From positions 96,760 through 160,759 of the forward strand of contig CAVZCL010000010.1 of assembly GCA_963773745.1 (NCBI GenBank): a DNA stretch of 64,000 nucleotides. Reading direction: 5' to 3'. The DNA is from an uncultured Chloroflexia bacterium. GTDB taxonomy: Bacteria > Chloroflexota > Anaerolineae > Caldilineales > Caldilineaceae. The notes beneath the pieces are model-generated. The model did not search any database. It saw nothing but the letters and a program-made list of their open reading frames with translations, and was not told the DNA's origin. The position numbers and the translations under genes were made by a program. Of this stretch, positions 21,501-31,157 are shown one piece after another (position 1 is the stretch's first letter; each line of letters starts with the position of its first letter).

Positions 21501-22215
21501 CGCTCCGACGCTGAGCGGGCGCGCCGAAGCCGACGCGTGGCTTGCCGAGCACCCCGAAATGGCGGCCTACGGTGCAGCACCCGTTGCCGATGATGCGGAA
21601 GCAGAGGGTGACGCCGATGCTGCCGAGAACGTCGAAACCGTCACCTACACGGCGCTGCAGAAAGCGCTCTGGCTCTGGCGGCGGCGGCTTGCCGAGGACC
21701 TTGGCCAGCCTCCCTACATTGTGATGAGCAACGAGCTGATGCTGCAGATTGCCGAACTGCGCCCGGCCACGCTCGCTGCGCTTGCCACGTTGCCGGGCAT
21801 GGGCGCGCAGCGCATGGAGCACTACGGCCCCACAATTATGGACCTGATTACGCTTAACGCGCCCGGGGCCGAGGACGCACAACTGATGCAGTTGCAGCGC
21901 GCCAACCAGGCCGAGAACAAGGCGGCCGCCGCCGAAAAGCGCGCCGCCTCGGCAGCCGTATCGCCACGCATGGAGCGCAAGATCTTCATGAAGCTGCAGG
22001 AGATGCGCCAGAAGCAGGCTGTGGCTGCACGCGGCCGCGCCAGCGACCTCGCCTCCAACACGCTGCTCAAGGAAATTGCTCGCCTCGCGCCCGATTCGCT
22101 CGCTGCGCTGGAAGCGATTCCCGGCTTCAAGAACAGCGGCATGCGCAGCGAAGCGGCGCAGATTGTCACCTTCATCAGTGCCGTGCGCACGAGTGAGGCA
22201 GAAGGCGCGCAGTAG
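18502..22215 (+). CDS. recQ: RecQ-family DNA helicase with a long N-terminal helical-repeat extension and two HRDC-like domains
   Basis: MPTGAGKSLCYQLPA (Walker A), VIDEAHCVSLWGHDFRPDY (DEAH), Zn cluster CRHGYISAHFG...CTVCDNC, and two C-terminal HRDC-like repeats. The start is uncertain: GTG 18502, or GTG 18592 preceded by GGAGG. Confidence 0.85.
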   Translation: MFAAASAGGRIEPQPATWCAVRRSRKCGGKVQESSKQLDAPIEGEVATTRRALGLDDALIGNLPPDARELLIEHLELWGNPLETLAVANLLREVHGPLLYLLDVEAAAQLALGNMAGAQQINERRQRRSSTIANQAFDALALQALGKEAHARQIADELATTYPKSLTAQRAAATVIARYGDFAAAHALLDAFLDHAPGNPVATLTLGSLALAAGDTLLAAEMAERLGPGVPANLPDSHLPELAELLQALGRSESAAAVHLEHERRRQMHFAHLAEVLAPYTSLAPDTVVDGAAIYSHIHGPASVPATRDEERRVRLETARHFGFSSLREGQAETIAAVLRGESVLTVMPTGAGKSLCYQLPALVLPRSSLIISPLIALMKDQVESLPIMARGQAIFINSTLTDAEIAERMAGVAQGKYKLIYAAPERLRQREFLRALRSAGLDLFVIDEAHCVSLWGHDFRPDYLFLQEARHELGNPTTLAMTATAPPRVRDEIVEYMRDDSAALAATAELTDKELTDKIENGSERAASGLALLGAPPKVIALDIFRSNLHLSALRFNNEEEKLEAVLKFTAESPGSGIIYVNTRHKAEALAYALRDVGVAAEAYHAGMENRSAIQDRFMANKTRVVVATVAFGMGIDKADIRFIVHFHPSRSLAGYYQEVGRAGRDGKPSQGVLFYSANDWVNLRRWARADEYGADFLERVYAGVAAQMGAGEEERSETLVGAVDARRLQRVLNSNETAVRVGISLLERADLLSRSFDVAQDLTVALPTKLPPSARDERDLVDLLRGLGLRAGQSVTTKTAAVADMMGWSIDEMDGALLDWETAGYLRVTRSHRAMSITLPPRPADLRARLDRLLEQSQALGQRRIDDMVGYATAEGCRHGYISAHFGSPPRSKCTVCDNCTGIRPEIPTPGETHHPLPEDGEIIPMILDSLISLPRPVGRSGLARILVGHLRAAFTPDKARHHGALKGLGEGGVAEYIDDLLENGMLRQYESNGFNVLAPTLSGRAEADAWLAEHPEMAAYGAAPVADDAEAEGDADAAENVETVTYTALQKALWLWRRRLAEDLGQPPYIVMSNELMLQIAELRPATLAALATLPGMGAQRMEHYGPTIMDLITLNAPGAEDAQLMQLQRANQAENKAAAAEKRAASAAVSPRMERKIFMKLQEMRQKQAVAARGRASDLASNTLLKEIARLAPDSLAALEAIPGFKNSGMRSEAAQIVTFISAVRTSEAEGAQ

Positions 22216-22326
22216 TCACAGGCCGTGCGCGCACCCACCATCCCGATACCCATCGACACACCGACACCACGACCATCACCCGATACCCGAATCACCCAAT
22301 CATGCTGTTGCCACGAGGAGGCACCC

Positions 22327-23262
22327 ATGGCCGCTATCGCCAACAACATCACCGAGTTGATCGGCAATACCCCGCTTGTGCGCATCAATCGTCTCATGGA
22401 GGGCGCGGGCGCAACGGTCGTCGCCAAGCTCGAGTACTTCAATCCTGCCTCGAGCGTCAAGGACCGCATCGCGCTCAGCATGGTGGAGGCCGCCGAGGCC
22501 GCCGGCATGGTCAAGCCGGAGACGATCTTCCTTGAAGCCACGAGCGGCAACACGGGCATTGGCCTTGCCTTTGTCTGCGCCGCGCGTGGCTACCGCTGCG
22601 TGCTGGTTATGCCCGAAACGATGAGCACGGAGCGGCGCATGCTGCTGCGCGCCTATGGGGCCGAACTTGTGCTCACCCCCGGCAGTGGCGGCATGAAGGG
22701 AGCTATTGCCAAGGCCGAGGAGATGGCGGCAGCCGATGCGCGCTATCTGATCCCGCAGCAGTTCACCAACCTTGCCAACCCGGCCGTGCACCGGCGTACG
22801 ACCGCCGAAGAGATCTGGCGCGACACCGAAGGGGCCGTGGACATTCTGGTGGCGGGCGTGGGCACAGGCGGCACAATCACCGGCGTGGGCGAGGTGCTCA
22901 AGGCGCGCCGTCCCTCTGTGCGCATCGTTGCCGTGGAGCCGGCCAAGTCGGCCGTGCTCTCGGGCGGCGAGCCGGGCCCGCACAAGATTCAGGGCATTGG
23001 CGCCGGCTTTATTCCTGAGGTGCTCAACGTGGACATTATGGATGAGGTGATCCAGGTGAGCAACGAAGAGGCCATGGCCATGGCGCGCCGCGCCGCCAGC
23101 GAAGAGGGGCTGCTCGTGGGCATCAGCTCGGGTGGCGCGCTGCAAGCGGCCAAGTGGGTGGCCGAGCGTCCGGAGAGCCGCGGCAAGCTTATCGTCGTCG
23201 TCATCCCGTCAAGCGGCGAGCGCTATCTAAGCACCGACCTCTTTGCCGACCTGCGCGGCTAA
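22327..23262 (+). CDS. cysK: Cysteine synthase A (O-acetylserine sulfhydrylase)
   Basis: [15 protein letters not shown] (PLP Lys) and [10 protein letters not shown]; GAGGAGG RBS before ATG 22327. Confidence 0.9.
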   Translation: MAAIANNITELIGNTPLVRINRLMEGAGATVVAKLEYFNPASSVKDRIALSMVEAAEAAGMVKPETIFLEATSGNTGIGLAFVCAARGYRCVLVMPETMSTERRMLLRAYGAELVLTPGSGGMKGAIAKAEEMAAADARYLIPQQFTNLANPAVHRRTTAEEIWRDTEGAVDILVAGVGTGGTITGVGEVLKARRPSVRIVAVEPAKSAVLSGGEPGPHKIQGIGAGFIPEVLNVDIMDEVIQVSNEEAMAMARRAASEEGLLVGISSGGALQAAKWVAERPESRGKLIVVVIPSSGERYLSTDLFADLRG

Positions 23263-23279
23263 CGTAACCGACACAAAAT

Positions 23280-23387
23280 GGGTGCACAGATTTACAGATG
23301 GAACAGAGGTAGCAACAGGTAAGCGAGTCGGCATTTCTCGGTCGTTATCTGTTGGTATCTGTGCCCCATCTGTCAATCTGTGTACCC
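23280..23387. repeat. Imperfect hairpin of CACAGAT/ACAGAG words between cysK and cysE
   Basis: GGGTGCACAGATTTACAGATGGAACAGAGGTAGCAACAGG compared with the reverse complement of CTGTTGGTATCTGTGCCCCATCTGTCAATCTGTGTACCC. About 80% match by eye. Confidence 0.6.
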
Positions 23388-23410
23388 GTCTCTCTTTGAG
23401 GCATACACCC

Positions 23411-24116
23411 ATGTTCAAGCGACTGCGCAGTGATGTCGCCGTCATCTTCGAGCGCGACCCGGCGGCGCGCAGCACAATCGAAATTCTCGTCTGCTATCCC
23501 GGGCTGCACGCGCTCTGGTTCCATCGCGTTGCGCACGCGCTCTGGCGGCGCGGCTGGCGCTTTGGCGGGCGCTTCGTTTCGCACCTGGGGCGCTTCCTCA
23601 CCGGGATCGAAATCCACCCGGGCGCAACGATTGGCCCAGGCTTCTTCATTGACCACGGCATGGGCGTTGTCATTGGCGAAACGGCGGAGATTGGCGCCAA
23701 TGTCACGCTCTATCACGGCGTCACCCTGGGCGGCGTCTCCTGGCGCAAGGAGAAGCGCCACCCTACCATTGGCGACCACGTGGTTGTTGGTGCGGGCGCC
23801 AAGGTGCTGGGGCCAATTCTTGTGGGCGAGCACTCGCGCGTGGGCGCCAATTCCGTGGTGGTGAAGGATGTGCCCGCCTATTCGGTTGTGGTGGGCGTGC
23901 CCGGGCGCGTGCCGCTCGCGCCGCGGCGAGCTTGCGGAGGATTCGCAGCACGAGGACCTCGAGCACAACATGCTCCACGATACGACCATGGAACTGCTGC
24001 AGCAGATGCAGGTGCGGCTGCGCGCGCTGGAAGAGCGCACTGCTGGTGTCGACGATGAGCTCGTCGTCCACGCCCAGCTTGAGGGTGAAGGCTACGACGG
24101 CCCCTGGGGCATATAG
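23411..24116 (+). CDS. cysE: Serine O-acetyltransferase, apparent frameshift ~23910-23927
   Basis: Hexapeptide-repeat core [38 protein letters not shown]. The plausible C-terminal tail [38 protein letters not shown] is in the 23868..24116 frame. Confidence 0.8.
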
Positions 24117-24272
24117 ATTTGCCCGCTGCGACCTTGCATAGCGGCTACGCTTGACATACACTGCCAGCATTGGGCTGGTTGCTTGCCATAGGTGTGTAAT
24201 CATCCGCTCAATAGCGCAACATCGAAGACGTCATCACTCTCATCGCATTACACACACGAAAGGTACAGCGCC

Positions 24273-24851
24273 ATGGATGGTCAGTTGTTTTACGGTCTTG
24301 TTGCACTTGTTTGTGGGGCATTCATGTTGACCTACGGCGCCAGCCTTTTCCGTTTGGTGCTCGCATTCGCCGGCTTCTACGTTGGTTTTGTTGCGGGCAT
24401 GATGATTCCGGCACCCTCTGACTTCTTCCAGATTATGATCGCCGTTGTGGCGGGCGCGGCTGTCGCTGCGCTGCTCTACTTCCTCACGAAGATCACGATG
24501 TATGCAGCGGGCGCGCTCTTTGGCCTGGTCCTTGGTCTGTTGCTTGCGTCCCTCTTTGGCCAGCAGGGCGGTACAATCGCCTATATCATCGGTGCAGCAG
24601 GCGCTGTAGTCGGTGGCATTTTTGGCAAGCGCATGGGCAGTTGGGCCATGATTCTCGCGTCGGCGGGGGCAGGCGCCTATGCCACGGTCGTGGGCGTCAA
24701 TCTGCTCCTGACAGACCAGGCGACGGTGATGGAGACCGGGCTCATGCCGACTTCGTTGCCGGCGTACCTGATCTTCATCGTCTTTGCGGCCGTCAGCATC
24801 CTTGCCCAACTCCAGATTGTGGATTTGCGCCGGCGCATACGCAACCGATAA
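24273..24851 (+). CDS. Polytopic membrane protein (DUF4203/TM7S3-like)
   Basis: Six to seven Gly/Ala-rich hydrophobic segments from MDGQLFYGLVALVCGAF to FIVFAAVSILAQL. No catalytic motif. Confidence 0.5.
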   Translation: MDGQLFYGLVALVCGAFMLTYGASLFRLVLAFAGFYVGFVAGMMIPAPSDFFQIMIAVVAGAAVAALLYFLTKITMYAAGALFGLVLGLLLASLFGQQGGTIAYIIGAAGAVVGGIFGKRMGSWAMILASAGAGAYATVVGVNLLLTDQATVMETGLMPTSLPAYLIFIVFAAVSILAQLQIVDLRRRIRNR

Positions 24852-24867
24852 ATGACAGCAAGTGGTA

Positions 24868-24933
24868 AATGGTTATTGGTAAAGAGGCGGCGCACCCCTG
24901 CAGGGGTGCGCCGCCTCTTTACCAATAACCATT
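24868..24933. terminator. Perfect 66-bp palindrome (33-bp arms) between convergent genes
   Basis: AATGGTTATTGGTAAAGAGGCGGCGCACCCCTG followed directly by its exact reverse complement. Lies between the DUF4203-like gene (+) and galT (-). Confidence 0.7.
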
Positions 24934-24955
24934 CCGCTTGCTTGCTGCTGCCGCC

Positions 24956-26044
24956 TCAACGCGTGCGGTAATGCACCTCGCTCAACTCGCGCAGGCGCGC
25001 AGCCGCTTGCTCGGGCGTGATGTCGCGCTGCGGGTTGGCCAGCAGCTCGTAACCCACCATAAACTTGCGCACCGTGGCCGACCGCAGCAGCGGCGGGTAG
25101 AAGTGCGCATGCAGTTGCCAGTAGCGATGCTCGCCGCCGTCAGTCGGCTCGCCGTGCCACCCCATGGAGTAGGGAAACGAGCTCTCAAAGAGATTGTCGT
25201 AGCGGGTGAGCAGCCGCTTGAGGATGGTGGCCAGCGCATCGCGCTGTGCGCCGCTGAGTGCGGGCAGCGAAGTGACGTGCGCGCGCGGCAGCAGAATTGT
25301 CTCGAAGGGCCACACTGCCCACCACGGGCAAAGCGCCACCCAGTGCTCGTTTTCCACCACAATGCGCTCGCGGGCATTCACCTCGGCGGCAAGATAGTCG
25401 ATCAGCAGCGAACGCCCATTGGCGCGAAAGTAGTCGAATTGGCTCGCATCCTCCTTGGCCGGGTCCTGCGGCACGGTGTAGGAAGCCCAGACCTGGCCAT
25501 GCGGGTGGGGATTGGAGGCACCCATGGCAGCGCCCTTGTTCTCGAAAATTTGCACATACGAGATGTCGGGGCGCGCGCCAAGCTCCGTCACCTGCTGCGC
25601 CCATGTATCCACAACGGTGCGAATTTCGGCAGGCTCCATTTCGGGCAGCGTCAGGTCGTGGCGGGGGTGAAAGCAGATGACGCGGCAGAGGCCCGTTTCG
25701 GCCTGCTGGCGGAAGAGGGGGCCAAGGCTGGCGTCGCCGCGCGGCCCGTCGGGCAGGAGCGCGGCGAAGTCGTTGTCGAAGACGAAGGTGCTGGTATATG
25801 CGGGCGTCTGGTTGCCGCCGGCCCGCTCATTGCCCGGACAAAGATAACAGTTGGGGTCATAGGCAGGGCGCTCCTCAGGGGGCGTGCGCTCAACCTGCCC
25901 TTGCCACGGGCGCTTGGTGCGGTGAGGCGAGACCAGCACCCACTCATTTGTGAGCAGATTCAGGCGGCGGTGGGGGTGTTCCGTGGGCACAAAGCCTACG
26001 GCGCGTGTGACTTCGGTAGGGAGCATGTGGAATCCTTTGACCAT
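24956..26044 (-). CDS. galT: Galactose-1-phosphate uridylyltransferase
   Basis: [34 protein letters not shown] and NPHPHGQVW (His-Pro-His active site). The start is ATG 26044 or 26026. Confidence 0.9.
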   Translation of the reverse strand: MVKGFHMLPTEVTRAVGFVPTEHPHRRLNLLTNEWVLVSPHRTKRPWQGQVERTPPEERPAYDPNCYLCPGNERAGGNQTPAYTSTFVFDNDFAALLPDGPRGDASLGPLFRQQAETGLCRVICFHPRHDLTLPEMEPAEIRTVVDTWAQQVTELGARPDISYVQIFENKGAAMGASNPHPHGQVWASYTVPQDPAKEDASQFDYFRANGRSLLIDYLAAEVNARERIVVENEHWVALCPWWAVWPFETILLPRAHVTSLPALSGAQRDALATILKRLLTRYDNLFESSFPYSMGWHGEPTDGGEHRYWQLHAHFYPPLLRSATVRKFMVGYELLANPQRDITPEQAAARLRELSEVHYRTR

Positions 26045-26059
26045 GAGAGTGGTCGGTTG

Positions 26060-26085
26060 GTAGCGGCGGCTGAAGCCACCGCTAC
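26060..26085. repeat. Single short GTAG-headed REP hairpin
   Basis: GTAGCGGCGGCTGAAGCCACCGCTAC, between the galT start and the ROK kinase stop. Confidence 0.75.
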
Positions 26086-26090
26086 GACAA

Positions 26091-26984
26091 TCAGCGCGCT
26101 GCCGCCATTTCGGCCAGCGCAATTGCGCCGAGCACGCCGGAACGGTTGCCCAGACCGGGCGGCACAATGTAGTCGTCAATCGCGTCCAGAATCTCCGCCT
26201 TCTGAATATACCCGTTAAGCAGCGCCTGCACCTTGGCGCGCACAAGCGGAAAGAGGTGGCGCTGCTCCATAACGCCGCCACCTAAAATCATGCGCTGCGG
26301 CGAAAGCACCAGGATGATGTTCACCAGCCCCAGCGCCAGGTAGTGCGCCTCCAAATCCCATGCGGGGTGGTCGGCAGGCAGTTCGCGCGCCGACTTGCCC
26401 CAGCGCGCCTCAATCGCCGGCCCGCACACAAGCCCCTCAAAGCAATCGCCGTGATAGACACAATAGCCCGGGTACGGGTCCACCGCCGGATCGCGCCGCA
26501 AAGGCATGTGCCCCATTTCGGGGTGCATGAGGCCGTGAATGAGCTGCCCGCCCACCATGCCGCCGCCGCCCAGCCCCGTGCCCACTGTGAGATAGACAAA
26601 GGTGTCCAGCCCCTGTGCCGCGCCCCATCGATGCTCGCCCAGGGCCGCGCCGTTGACGTCACTGTCGAAGCCCACGGGCACGCCCGTTGCCTGTTGCAGC
26701 GGCCCCACCACATCGGTCATGTGCCAGTTGGGCTTGGGTGTGGTGGTGATATAGCCAAAGTCTGCTGCGGCCGGGTTTGGCTCAACCGGGCCAAATGAGC
26801 TGACGCCAATGGCTGTGAGTGGGCTTTCTCGATGCTGTGCTGCGAAGTAGGCGACAGCTTGCGCCATCGTCTCGGCGGGCGTCGTGGTGGCAAAGCGCAC
26901 TTCTTCGCTCAGGTCGTCGGGGCCGCTGCCTACGGCGCACACGAACTTTGTGCCGCCGGCTTCCAGACCTCCGTATCGGGCCAT
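26091..26984 (-). CDS. ROK-family sugar kinase (fructokinase/Mak-like)
   Basis: [13 protein letters not shown]-binding start, [10 protein letters not shown], and the His/Cys zinc motif HPEMGHM...[14 protein letters not shown]. Confidence 0.85.
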   Translation of the reverse strand: MARYGGLEAGGTKFVCAVGSGPDDLSEEVRFATTTPAETMAQAVAYFAAQHRESPLTAIGVSSFGPVEPNPAAADFGYITTTPKPNWHMTDVVGPLQQATGVPVGFDSDVNGAALGEHRWGAAQGLDTFVYLTVGTGLGGGGMVGGQLIHGLMHPEMGHMPLRRDPAVDPYPGYCVYHGDCFEGLVCGPAIEARWGKSARELPADHPAWDLEAHYLALGLVNIILVLSPQRMILGGGVMEQRHLFPLVRAKVQALLNGYIQKAEILDAIDDYIVPPGLGNRSGVLGAIALAEMAAAR

Positions 26985-27001
26985 GGTCGTTCTCCGGGAA
27001 A

Positions 27002-27147
27002 GGGGGTTAAGGGTTTGCGGGTTTAGGCGTTGCAGGGTTTAAGGGTTGTGGGGTTTAAGGATTGCCAGGTTCAAGGTCAGTCAAACGCGTTCGTGCACCG
27101 TGCACGAACCTTTCAGCGCTTGAACCCTGCACGCCTCAAACCTTGCC
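27002..27147. repeat. C-poor GGGTTTAAGG-word hairpin with an inner GTTCGTGCAC-C-GTGCACGAAC stem
   Basis: The left arm GGTTTGCGGGTTTAGGCGTTGCAGGGTTTAAGG pairs with CTTGAACCCTGCACGCCTCAAACCTTGCC. The inner perfect 10-bp stem is at 27089-27109. The right arm overlaps the nfi 3' end. Confidence 0.65.
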
Positions 27148-27884
27148 TGTTGCAAAATCCTCGCGGCTGAGCAGTGCGCGCGGCGCGCCGGCTCGGGCAG
27201 GCGGAAGCGCGTGCGCGTGGCCAGCACAATCGCCACGGCTTCGGCCAGCGTAATGCGATGGCCCACGCTCACAAAGAGGGGCTTCACGCCCACACGCGTG
27301 CGCAGCGCGACACCGATCTGCTCGCCATCAGCGCAGAGCGGCGACTGCGCCCCCACTGCATCCGCCGGCATGGCATAGTCGCCCACCAGCTTCGACTTGG
27401 CCACGCCCAGCACAGGCCGCTCGAGCAGCACGCCCAAATGCGCCGCCATGCCCAAGCGGCGCGGGTGCGCCACGCCATGCGCGTCGGCCATAATCAGGTC
27501 GGGCATCTCCTCCAGCGCCGTCAGGGCCCGGAGGACCGCCGGCACTTCGCGAAAGCTGAGCAAGCCCGGCACGTAGGGGTAATCGGCCGGGCCGCGCCAT
27601 GTGGCCTGCGCAATCGTCTCGAGTGAGGGCAGTGCGAGCACGACGACCGCGGCCTGCACAACTGTGCCGCCGCGCATGACCGTGCCGCCGAGTCCGGCCT
27701 GTGCGGGCAGAGTGCCCTGCTGCACGCTCACGTCAATGCCGGCAATGGTGCGCGGCGGGCGGGGCAGCGGAAGCGCGCGCACGTAGCCTGCCAGTTCGCG
27801 CTGGATTTCAGCAGCCTCGGCGGGCGTCACGTCCCAGGCGTGGGTGTGGTGCAGCGTTGGTGCGCTCACGGTTTCTGCAGCCAC
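27081..27884 (-). CDS. nfi: Endonuclease V
   Basis: IAGIDVS, PYVPGLLSFREVP and ADAHGVAHPRRLGMAAHLGV. The last ~20 codons overlap a hairpin arm, so the true stop may lie earlier. Confidence 0.85.
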   Translation of the reverse strand: MAAETVSAPTLHHTHAWDVTPAEAAEIQRELAGYVRALPLPRPPRTIAGIDVSVQQGTLPAQAGLGGTVMRGGTVVQAAVVVLALPSLETIAQATWRGPADYPYVPGLLSFREVPAVLRALTALEEMPDLIMADAHGVAHPRRLGMAAHLGVLLERPVLGVAKSKLVGDYAMPADAVGAQSPLCADGEQIGVALRTRVGVKPLFVSVGHRITLAEAVAIVLATRTRFRLPEPARRAHCSAARILQQARFEACRVQALKGSCTVHERV

Positions 27885-28469
27885 GCCTCAATCTGCGGGC
27901 GGGTGGTTGCCCAGTCGGTGTGCACGATGGCGCCAATGCCCAGCGCCTGCGCCGCAGCCACATTCTCCGCCACGTCATCCACAAAGAGTGCGTTGTGGGC
28001 TTCGACGTCGAGCAGTTCCAGCGCCAGCCGAAAGACCGCGGGGTCCGGCTTGCCCACGCCCAGCTCGCTGCTCATCATCACAAGGTCAAAGCTGCGCAGT
28101 TCGGGCACATGGGCATCAAGCCAGCGCACGTGCGCCTCATTGGTGTTGCTGAGCACCGCCACAAGCACGTTGGGGCGCTGTTCAAGCTCCAGCGCATAGG
28201 CCAGCGCCGCTTCGTCGCGGCGCAGGCCGCGCGCGAAAGGCAGCGGCAAAGTCACCCACATCGGCGCTGGCGCCCGCCTGCTTGCGGAAATATGCATGCA
28301 GCCCCTCGGCACTCATCGCGCCGCTGTTGAGATCATCACCGACGGCATGCAGCAGCGCAGCAACTGCGTCGGGCGAGGCGTCGCCGCAGACGGAGGCGAG
28401 CCCGGCAATGGTTTGCGCGTGGTCATAGCCAATGAGCACGCGGCCCAAATCAAAGAGCAAAGCCTTCAT
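27866..28469 (-). CDS. HAD-superfamily hydrolase (subfamily IA), apparent frameshift at the TTT/AAA run ~28237
   Basis: Motif I MKALLFDLGRVL is in one frame. LSNTN, GVGKPDP and LFVDD are in the 27866..28312 frame. Removing one T restores ...GDFAAAFARGLRRDEAAL... Confidence 0.75.
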
Positions 28470-28676
28470 GCATGGCAATCCAGTCAAGAGCCCGCGTCGC
28501 AGGAAAAAGCGGCGGGTTCGCGGTTGCGAATTGTCGAATTGTCCGGCCTCGTGTATCCTACCACCGCGCTGCGCGCTTGGACAATTGCCGCAGAATCGCA
28601 CTCCGGCGCGTTGTTGCCCGTGCGCCCGCAGCGCGTCAACCCTCGCATCACCACGCATGAAAGAGCCCATTTCCGC

Positions 28677-31157
28677 GTGCCCGCATTTGCCCTGAGCCTG
28701 ATTCTCATCGCCCTGGTTGGGCCCCTGATGGTGGCGCTGAAGCCCCATCGCCACCGCCACAGCGGTTGGCTTGCCGCGCTTGTGCCCGCCGCTGTCTTTG
28801 GCTGGCTGCTGCTGCAGGCGCCTGCCGTCGCGGCCGGCAACGCGCTGCTGGAGAACCACACATGGGTGCCCGAACTTGGGCTGGAGCTGAGCTTTCGGCT
28901 CGACGGTCTCTCGCTCCTCTTTGCGCTGATTGTCACCGGCGTAGGCGCGGGCATTGCCATATACACCGGCTACTACTTTGAAGGCGACCAGCGCCTGGGC
29001 TACTTCAACGTCCTGCTCTTTCTCTTCATGGCGTCGATGCTGGGCCTCGTGCTGTCGGACAACCTGCTGGGCCTTTTCTGCTTCTGGGAAGGAACCAGTA
29101 TCACCTCTTACTTGCTGATTGCCTTCAAGAGCACCTCCAATTCGGCACGTGAGGGCGGACGGCGCGCCTTCATCGTCACCGGCCTCGGCGGCCTGGCTAT
29201 GCTTGCGGGCATGATTCTGCTGGGCAACGCCGCGGGCACCTATTCAATCAGCGGCATCCTTGCGGCCGGGAAGGGGGGCGCGCTCTTGACGCACCCCTAC
29301 ATTACGCCCGCCCTCATCCTGGTCTTCCTCGGCGCGCTCACCAAATCGGCGCAATTCCCCTTCCACTTCTGGTTGCCGGGCGCAATGTCGGCCCCAACGC
29401 CCGCCAGTGCCTACCTGCACTCGGCCACCATGGTCAAGGCGGGCATCTTCCTGCTGGCGCGGCTGCACCCTGCCTTCCACGATGCTCCCATGTGGAGCCC
29501 GACGCTGATCACCATTGGCGCCATTACCATGCTCCTGGGCGCCGTGAGCGCGCTGCGTTACACCGACATGAAGGCGCTGCTGGCCTATGCCACGGTAAGC
29601 TGGCTGGGTGCGCTGACACTACTGCTTGGCCTGCCTGTCAAGTATGCGCCTATGGCCGTGGCAATGGGCGTGCTGGCCCACGCGCTCTACAAGGGGCCGC
29701 TCTTCCTTGCCGCGGGCATTGTGGACCATGCCACCGGCACGCGTGACGTGCGCCGCCTGGCAGCGCTCATGCGGCCGCTGCCGTGGGTGGCCGCGGTTGT
29801 CTTTGTGGCTGCGTTGGGTATGGCGGGCGTGCCTCCACTGCTTGGTTTTGTGGCCAAGGAGCTTCTGCTCGAGAGCGCGCATATGCTGGGCGAAGTCTAC
29901 GGCGCGGCCGGCGAATGGAGCGCCTTCGTCGCCGTCGTGATCATGGCGGCGGCCACGGTCGGCGTTGCGCTCAAGCTCATCTACGAGCCCTTTGTGCGCA
30001 GCGAGAAAGCGCTGCCGCCACAGAGCGACCCGAAACTGACGCCGCTGCATGTGCACCACGCGCCGCGTTTTCTCTTTGTGCTGCCTGCGCTGGCCATTGC
30101 GCTGCTGGGTGTTGTGCTGCCCTTCTTCCTGGGCCCGCTGGGCAAATATGTGCTGCTGCCGGCGGCCAACGCGATTGCCGGCAGCGACACCGGCGTCAAG
30201 TTGGCCATTTGGCATGGCTTCAACCTCGTCTTCACACTGAGCATGATCGCGCTGGCACTGGGCGTTGCGGTCTTCCTGCTGCGCGAGCCACTCTACCGGT
30301 CGCTCAACCGCCTGCCGGCATGGCTTAGCGGCCTCGTGGCCTTCAATCGCATCAACAACGCCATCTACGGCTTTGCACGCTGGACCACGCGCACGGTGCA
30401 AGGCGGCACCATGGCGTCGCAAATCAGCGTCACGCTGCTGGCGGCGGCCAGTGTGGCCGTGCTGGCGCTGGTGCGTGCCCAGTGGGTGCGCGATCTTCAG
30501 CTTGACCTCAGCACGCGCCCCTCGGTGCCCGAGGTGGTGCTGGCCGCCATGGCGATGATTGCGGCCATTGTCACCGTGCGCGCCCGCAACCGCCTCAGTG
30601 CAATTATCAGCCTGGGCGTGGTCGGCGTCACCGTCACCCTTTATTTCATTTTCTTCAGCGCCCCCGATCTGGCGCTCACGCAGTTGCTCATCGAATTGCT
30701 GACGGTGGTGCTGCTGGTGCTGGTCTTCTTTCGCCTCAAACCCGACGGCCTGCCGCCCATGCCGCGCCGTGTGGTCGCATACCAGCTCTTTGTGGCTGTG
30801 GCCATGGGGCTCTTTGGCTTCACGCTTGTGCTGCTCAACGCGGGCATTCAGGTTGCGCCACCGATTTCGACCTATTTTGAGCGCTTTTCGGTGCCCGACG
30901 GCAAGGGCGGCAACATCGTCAACGTGATCCTTGTGGATTTCCGCGCCTATGACACGCTGGGTGAAATGGTGGTGCTGGCGATTGCGGCGGCGGGCGGCTT
31001 TGCGCTGCTGCGCGCGCCCGGCATGGCCGCCCTGCAGCGCCGCCTCATGCGCCGCCTGAGCCGCACCGGTGTACCGGAAGAGCCCCCCGTACCGTCTCCT
31101 GTAGCGCCGCCCCCCGCTGTTCCCGTTGTGACTGTTACAGAGGAGGCGTCCCATTGA
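28677..31157 (+). CDS. mrpA: Na+/H+ (cation/proton) antiporter subunit A (MrpA/MnhA, with fused MnhB-like C-terminal domain)
   Basis: NuoL/ND5-like core (FCFWEGTSITSYLLIAFK, KSAQFPFHFWLPGAM). GTG 28677 gives an N-terminus whose length before the H-x-GW segment matches the family. Upstream track ORF sequence is non-membrane. Confidence 0.85.
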   Translation: MPAFALSLILIALVGPLMVALKPHRHRHSGWLAALVPAAVFGWLLLQAPAVAAGNALLENHTWVPELGLELSFRLDGLSLLFALIVTGVGAGIAIYTGYYFEGDQRLGYFNVLLFLFMASMLGLVLSDNLLGLFCFWEGTSITSYLLIAFKSTSNSAREGGRRAFIVTGLGGLAMLAGMILLGNAAGTYSISGILAAGKGGALLTHPYITPALILVFLGALTKSAQFPFHFWLPGAMSAPTPASAYLHSATMVKAGIFLLARLHPAFHDAPMWSPTLITIGAITMLLGAVSALRYTDMKALLAYATVSWLGALTLLLGLPVKYAPMAVAMGVLAHALYKGPLFLAAGIVDHATGTRDVRRLAALMRPLPWVAAVVFVAALGMAGVPPLLGFVAKELLLESAHMLGEVYGAAGEWSAFVAVVIMAAATVGVALKLIYEPFVRSEKALPPQSDPKLTPLHVHHAPRFLFVLPALAIALLGVVLPFFLGPLGKYVLLPAANAIAGSDTGVKLAIWHGFNLVFTLSMIALALGVAVFLLREPLYRSLNRLPAWLSGLVAFNRINNAIYGFARWTTRTVQGGTMASQISVTLLAAASVAVLALVRAQWVRDLQLDLSTRPSVPEVVLAAMAMIAAIVTVRARNRLSAIISLGVVGVTVTLYFIFFSAPDLALTQLLIELLTVVLLVLVFFRLKPDGLPPMPRRVVAYQLFVAVAMGLFGFTLVLLNAGIQVAPPISTYFERFSVPDGKGGNIVNVILVDFRAYDTLGEMVVLAIAAAGGFALLRAPGMAALQRRLMRRLSRTGVPEEPPVPSPVAPPPAVPVVTVTEEASH

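Noticed and set aside
18355-21882. 1175-aa ORF antisense to recQ. Similar long antisense ORFs are 1718..3262, 3313..4473, 4581..5531, 5969..7801, 9484..11286, 16107..17927, 29619..31154, 36457..37848, 38384..39661, 43354..44616, 52526..54952 and 56062..57843.
   Set aside because: Their translations are dominated by Arg/Ala/Gly/His/Pro with no recognisable motifs. Each lies opposite a gene with clear family signatures. Such shadow ORFs are expected in high-GC DNA because stop codons are rare.
28657-28695. ATG 28657 mini-ORF (MKEPISACPHLP) as the true mrpA start.
   Set aside because: It is in a different frame from the MrpA body. The in-frame GTG 28677 gives an N-terminus of family-typical length. 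A further indel cannot be excluded, but it is not needed.
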